Of a stretch of 39,665 bases of DNA, positions 37,115 through 39,665 are shown piece after piece (the first letter of the stretch is position 1; the number at the start of each line of letters is the position of its first letter). Source of the stretch: a virus (lineage: Duplodnaviria > Caudoviricetes); IMG/VR virus record IMGVR_UViG_3300006923_000003, positions 1-39,665 of that record; one strand, written 5' to 3'. Both the position numbers and the translations under genes were made by a program. A model generated the notes under the pieces. The model did not search any database, was not told where the DNA came from, and saw only the letters and a list, made by a program, of their open reading frames with translations.

Positions 37115-37262
37115 ATCTTATCCTTTGCTCTGATGTTTCAATAGCCTTTTTAATGTACTCGCGTAGTTTGACAACAGGAATCATCTTACCACCATTCTTT
37201 GAACGCATAGAAACTTGCTCACCGAATGATACTAGATATTCGTCTAACTGTTCTGGTGTCAT
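37080..37262 (-). CDS. Hypothetical protein
   Basis: ATGA-coupled to the upstream gene. Confidence 0.55.
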   Translation of the reverse strand: MTPEQLDEYLVSFGEQVSMRSKNGGKMIPVVKLREYIKKAIETSEQRIRCEFHNQASKEA

Positions 37263-37621
37263 TTTCCCATCCAAGCATCCACATCTGTTCCGTACCTTGG
37301 ATTTCCCGCGTTGTCAGTGTACCTTGTCATTGATCCGTCTGGATTTAACCCCATCGAAATGTTAAGTTTTTTATTTTCTTGCGCAGCATCAATAGCGTGA
37401 TCGGTTGCCAACATACATTCTCGGCAATACGGATCACCCCACGCTGAAAAGATGGTTGCCTCTTTGTCGCAACTGTCTAGGCAACAAACTGTTCCTTCGG
37501 GTGGGGGGGCGAGGTGTGGTTGACACTCAAGACATAGGCAGGGTCGCGTAGATGTGTATTCTGTTCCGTTTATTGTTTCACGCTTTTCCCATATCAACTG
37601 TTCACACAACCGCCCGTTCAT
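37259..37621 (-). CDS. Hypothetical Cys-rich protein (120 aa)
   Basis: CLCLEC, CCLDSC, YCREC; ATGA coupling. Confidence 0.65.
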   Translation of the reverse strand: MNGRLCEQLIWEKRETINGTEYTSTRPCLCLECQPHLAPPPEGTVCCLDSCDKEATIFSAWGDPYCRECMLATDHAIDAAQENKKLNISMGLNPDGSMTRYTDNAGNPRYGTDVDAWMGK

Positions 37622-37908
37622 TTGTCACCTTCTTTTTCTTGAACAGCGTCGTTTTCGATAACCACCGAGGCAACTGACTCCAGAATAGCAATTTCTTCTA
37701 CTTGATTAAGCATACCCGACAGAATCTTTGCAAGTTCTTCGTGCATTCCCAATAAGTACAAAAACATTTCTCTGAGTTCTTCGGGAGCATCATTGAGAAC
37801 CAGAGCGACTTCGGCGTTTTTTCTCGTTTGTGGCAGTTCTCTAACCACTTCTCGTAAATCTTCTGCGTCTTGCATTATTGTTATTAAATCTTTTTTTGTT
37901 AAATCCAT
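37618..37908 (-). CDS. Hypothetical acidic helical protein (96 aa)
   Basis: AGAGGA SD; packed within the operon. Confidence 0.7.
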   Translation of the reverse strand: MDLTKKDLITIMQDAEDLREVVRELPQTRKNAEVALVLNDAPEELREMFLYLLGMHEELAKILSGMLNQVEEIAILESVASVVIENDAVQEKEGDK

Positions 37909-37912
37909 AGTT

Positions 37913-38302
37913 TTATCCTCTTTTATCTAATAGCATACCAACTCTATCACGACCTTGCTGCGTACATTCCCACACGTTAGCCTTGCGACCAGATCGCGTT
38001 GGCTTCGTATCTCCCGTCACAACAACTAGGTCTTTTTTAACTAATCCCCTTCGACACGCGCTAACTGTTTGGTGTCGCATCTCTAACTTGACTTCCAAAT
38101 CGTCATCGGTTTGTTTACAGTGATAAAGTTCCAAAAGTATTTTGTCGCCAATGGAAATAGTGTCTACGCTTTTCAATGCCATCAGCGAACAGGGCTGCTT
38201 GACACGCCTTTGATCGGCGAGTGTGTTTAAGATAGCCTGAGTAGAAGCAACGGGCGGTATCGCCTTTGCGAAGTTCCACAGGTCGTTTGCAAAATTACTC
38301 AT
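37913..38302 (-). CDS. Winged-HTH DNA-binding protein
   Basis: TDDDLEVKLEMRHQTVSACRRGLVKKDLV...TRSGRKANVW. Confidence 0.75.
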   Translation of the reverse strand: MSNFANDLWNFAKAIPPVASTQAILNTLADQRRVKQPCSLMALKSVDTISIGDKILLELYHCKQTDDDLEVKLEMRHQTVSACRRGLVKKDLVVVTGDTKPTRSGRKANVWECTQQGRDRVGMLLDKRG

Positions 38303-38442
38303 GATTCGCTCCTTATCAGCCGTTGTACAGCAGCAAGTATTTCCCTTGCTCCTGATTCAGCCTGTTTGTATTTGCGCATTGATATTGCGATGCTCATTGC
38401 AATAATTGCGTTTGTGATAATTTCATGCTCTCGATCACTCAT
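38299..38442 (-). CDS. Small hypothetical protein (47 aa), not in the ORF track
   Basis: MSDREHEIITNAII...IRSES exactly fills the gap, overlapping both neighbours. Confidence 0.55.
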   Translation of the reverse strand: MSDREHEIITNAIIAMSIAISMRKYKQAESGAREILAAVQRLIRSES

Positions 38443-38632
38443 AATAGCCTTCTTCCTTTTGCTGTCGAAGCCATATTTCGTAGTTCTGTTTTCTGAAACG
38501 ATGTTCGCGGTAGGTTTGGATCAACGCTATGCCGACCATAGCCGAGAATCCTAGCCACTCCCCAAAGTATGCAAGCACAACTGCAACGAATAGTGCAACT
38601 GCGATTGATCTGTGATTATCAAAATTATTCAT
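38435..38632 (-). CDS. Small protein with two transmembrane segments
   Basis: AAGGAG SD before MNNFD; two hydrophobic segments. Confidence 0.65.
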   Translation of the reverse strand: MNNFDNHRSIAVALFVAVVLAYFGEWLGFSAMVGIALIQTYREHRFRKQNYEIWLRQQKEEGYYE

Positions 38633-38669
38633 AGTGTTCTCCTTGGGACGTATTTTACAATGGAACTTG

Positions 38670-39665
38670 TTACTGTTTTTGCGGTTCATCGTCATCTCCA
38701 TTACATCGGATAACTAGGGGTCGTATCCATTTCATGTGAGCGTGTTCACCGTCTGGCAGAATGACGACAGGAACATCTGGGTTGTTAATCTCCCAATTTG
38801 GCTTGTGTCGTTGTCTACGCCAATGTCCCCTTCGGATATGGGTCTTGCGGTCTGGCGCAGTACCGCCCTTGGGGTCTTTGTTTTTACTTGGGTTGAACTC
38901 AACCGACTGTCTAAGATTCGATGGTGTTGCGATTGTTGTCACCTTGACTTTTTGGTTTCGCTTCTTGGAGTCAAGACCGCGCATCTTCTTTTCTTTTGTC
39001 GTTACATATTCTGGATACGATTGCATAATCAAAAGTACGCTGCAAACGAAGTCGCTAATCAAATACCCACACTCAGAATCACTTAGTTTTTCTTCTTCGG
39101 ATATAAACTTGTCTGACCTACTAGAAATGTGGTGTTCTTCTCCTGTGTATACTTTGAGCATTTCCCCTATTGTAATGTCATCATCATCAATAGGACAAGA
39201 CATATTCTGCACACCGAAGTCATCCCAATAATTTGACAACGTGATGTAACGCTTGGAAGGCATCTTCAAGGAAACTTCTGCGTTGCTTGATGCAAACCTC
39301 GCAACAATGTCTTGATCTTCTCTGATGTTTACAATGATATGGCTAGTGGTTGATCCACTACTGTTCGACCACTCAGTTCCTTCTGGCATGACTAGCAAGA
39401 ATGATGGTAAGGTCATTTTGAGGTCGTTACCGTACACGCCCTTCATCGCATCAGTTTGTTTACACGCATCAACAATTTCGGCTGTTGGGTAGATTATTCT
39501 CTTTCCATCTTTAATCCATTTTTGACAATTTGCTACTTGCCAAACTTGTAGGTGTCGTTCACCCTCTGGAAGATTGGCAAGTGTGTTGAGATTATGTTGT
39601 GTTATTGCATGGTTAGGTGGACAAAGCATCATCCGTTCATAGTCAGCACCAGAGTGACTCAACGC
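38670..39665 (-). CDS. Hypothetical phage protein with an HxRRGHWR motif (about 362 aa including bases 1-216)
   Basis: RKTHIRRGHWRRQ...KWIRP at the C-terminus. Confidence 0.8.
   Translation of the reverse strand, partial: ALSHSGADYERMMLCPPNHAITQHNLNTLANLPEGERHLQVWQVANCQKWIKDGKRIIYPTAEIVDACKQTDAMKGVYGNDLKMTLPSFLLVMPEGTEWSNSSGSTTSHIIVNIREDQDIVARFASSNAEVSLKMPSKRYITLSNYWDDFGVQNMSCPIDDDDITIGEMLKVYTGEEHHISSRSDKFISEEEKLSDSECGYLISDFVCSVLLIMQSYPEYVTTKEKKMRGLDSKKRNQKVKVTTIATPSNLRQSVEFNPSKNKDPKGGTAPDRKTHIRRGHWRRQRHKPNWEINNPDVPVVILPDGEHAHMKWIRPLVIRCNGDDDEPQKQ
39543..39665. repeat. Terminal direct repeat, right copy
   Basis: Identical to 1-123. Confidence 0.95.

Noticed and set aside
1-39665. tRNA genes or stop-codon recoding
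   Set aside because: No cloverleaf seen in the few intergenic gaps; standard-code ORFs tile the genome densely

Overview
The window is an apparently complete, circularly assembled tailed dsDNA phage genome of about 39.5 kb; bases 1-123 are repeated at 39543-39665, and one ORF reads through the join. Almost all genes lie on the minus strand. In reading order they are early/unknown genes, HTH and DUF1064 genes, small membrane genes, TerS and TerL, an inserted two-gene unit, a Mu-like DUF935 portal, a cargo region of about 7.3 kb ending in a MuF domain, a Mu-like protease/scaffold, cement, capsid and neck genes, a tail tube, a frameshifted tail chaperone pair, a tape measure, tail-tip genes (LamG, a very Cys-rich protein) and a metallophosphoesterase. 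A replication initiator-like gene faces a short plus-strand operon (ERF, SSB-like, AlpA-like HTH). I recognise no integrase, transposase, polymerase, helicase, endolysin, tRNA or CRISPR array. The most striking feature is the cargo region between portal and protease. Three large ORFs carry four copies of a Cys-pair tag (CGAGxxGNxGFQxGNTC), each just after an F/Y-A motif, attached to unrelated modules: ART-like domains, a GNAT, an HExxH metallopeptidase and acidic unknown domains. Near-identical DNA borders the modules, suggesting a shuffled, capsid-packaged, possibly protease-processed effector system. All family calls are from motif recognition by eye, not database searches.
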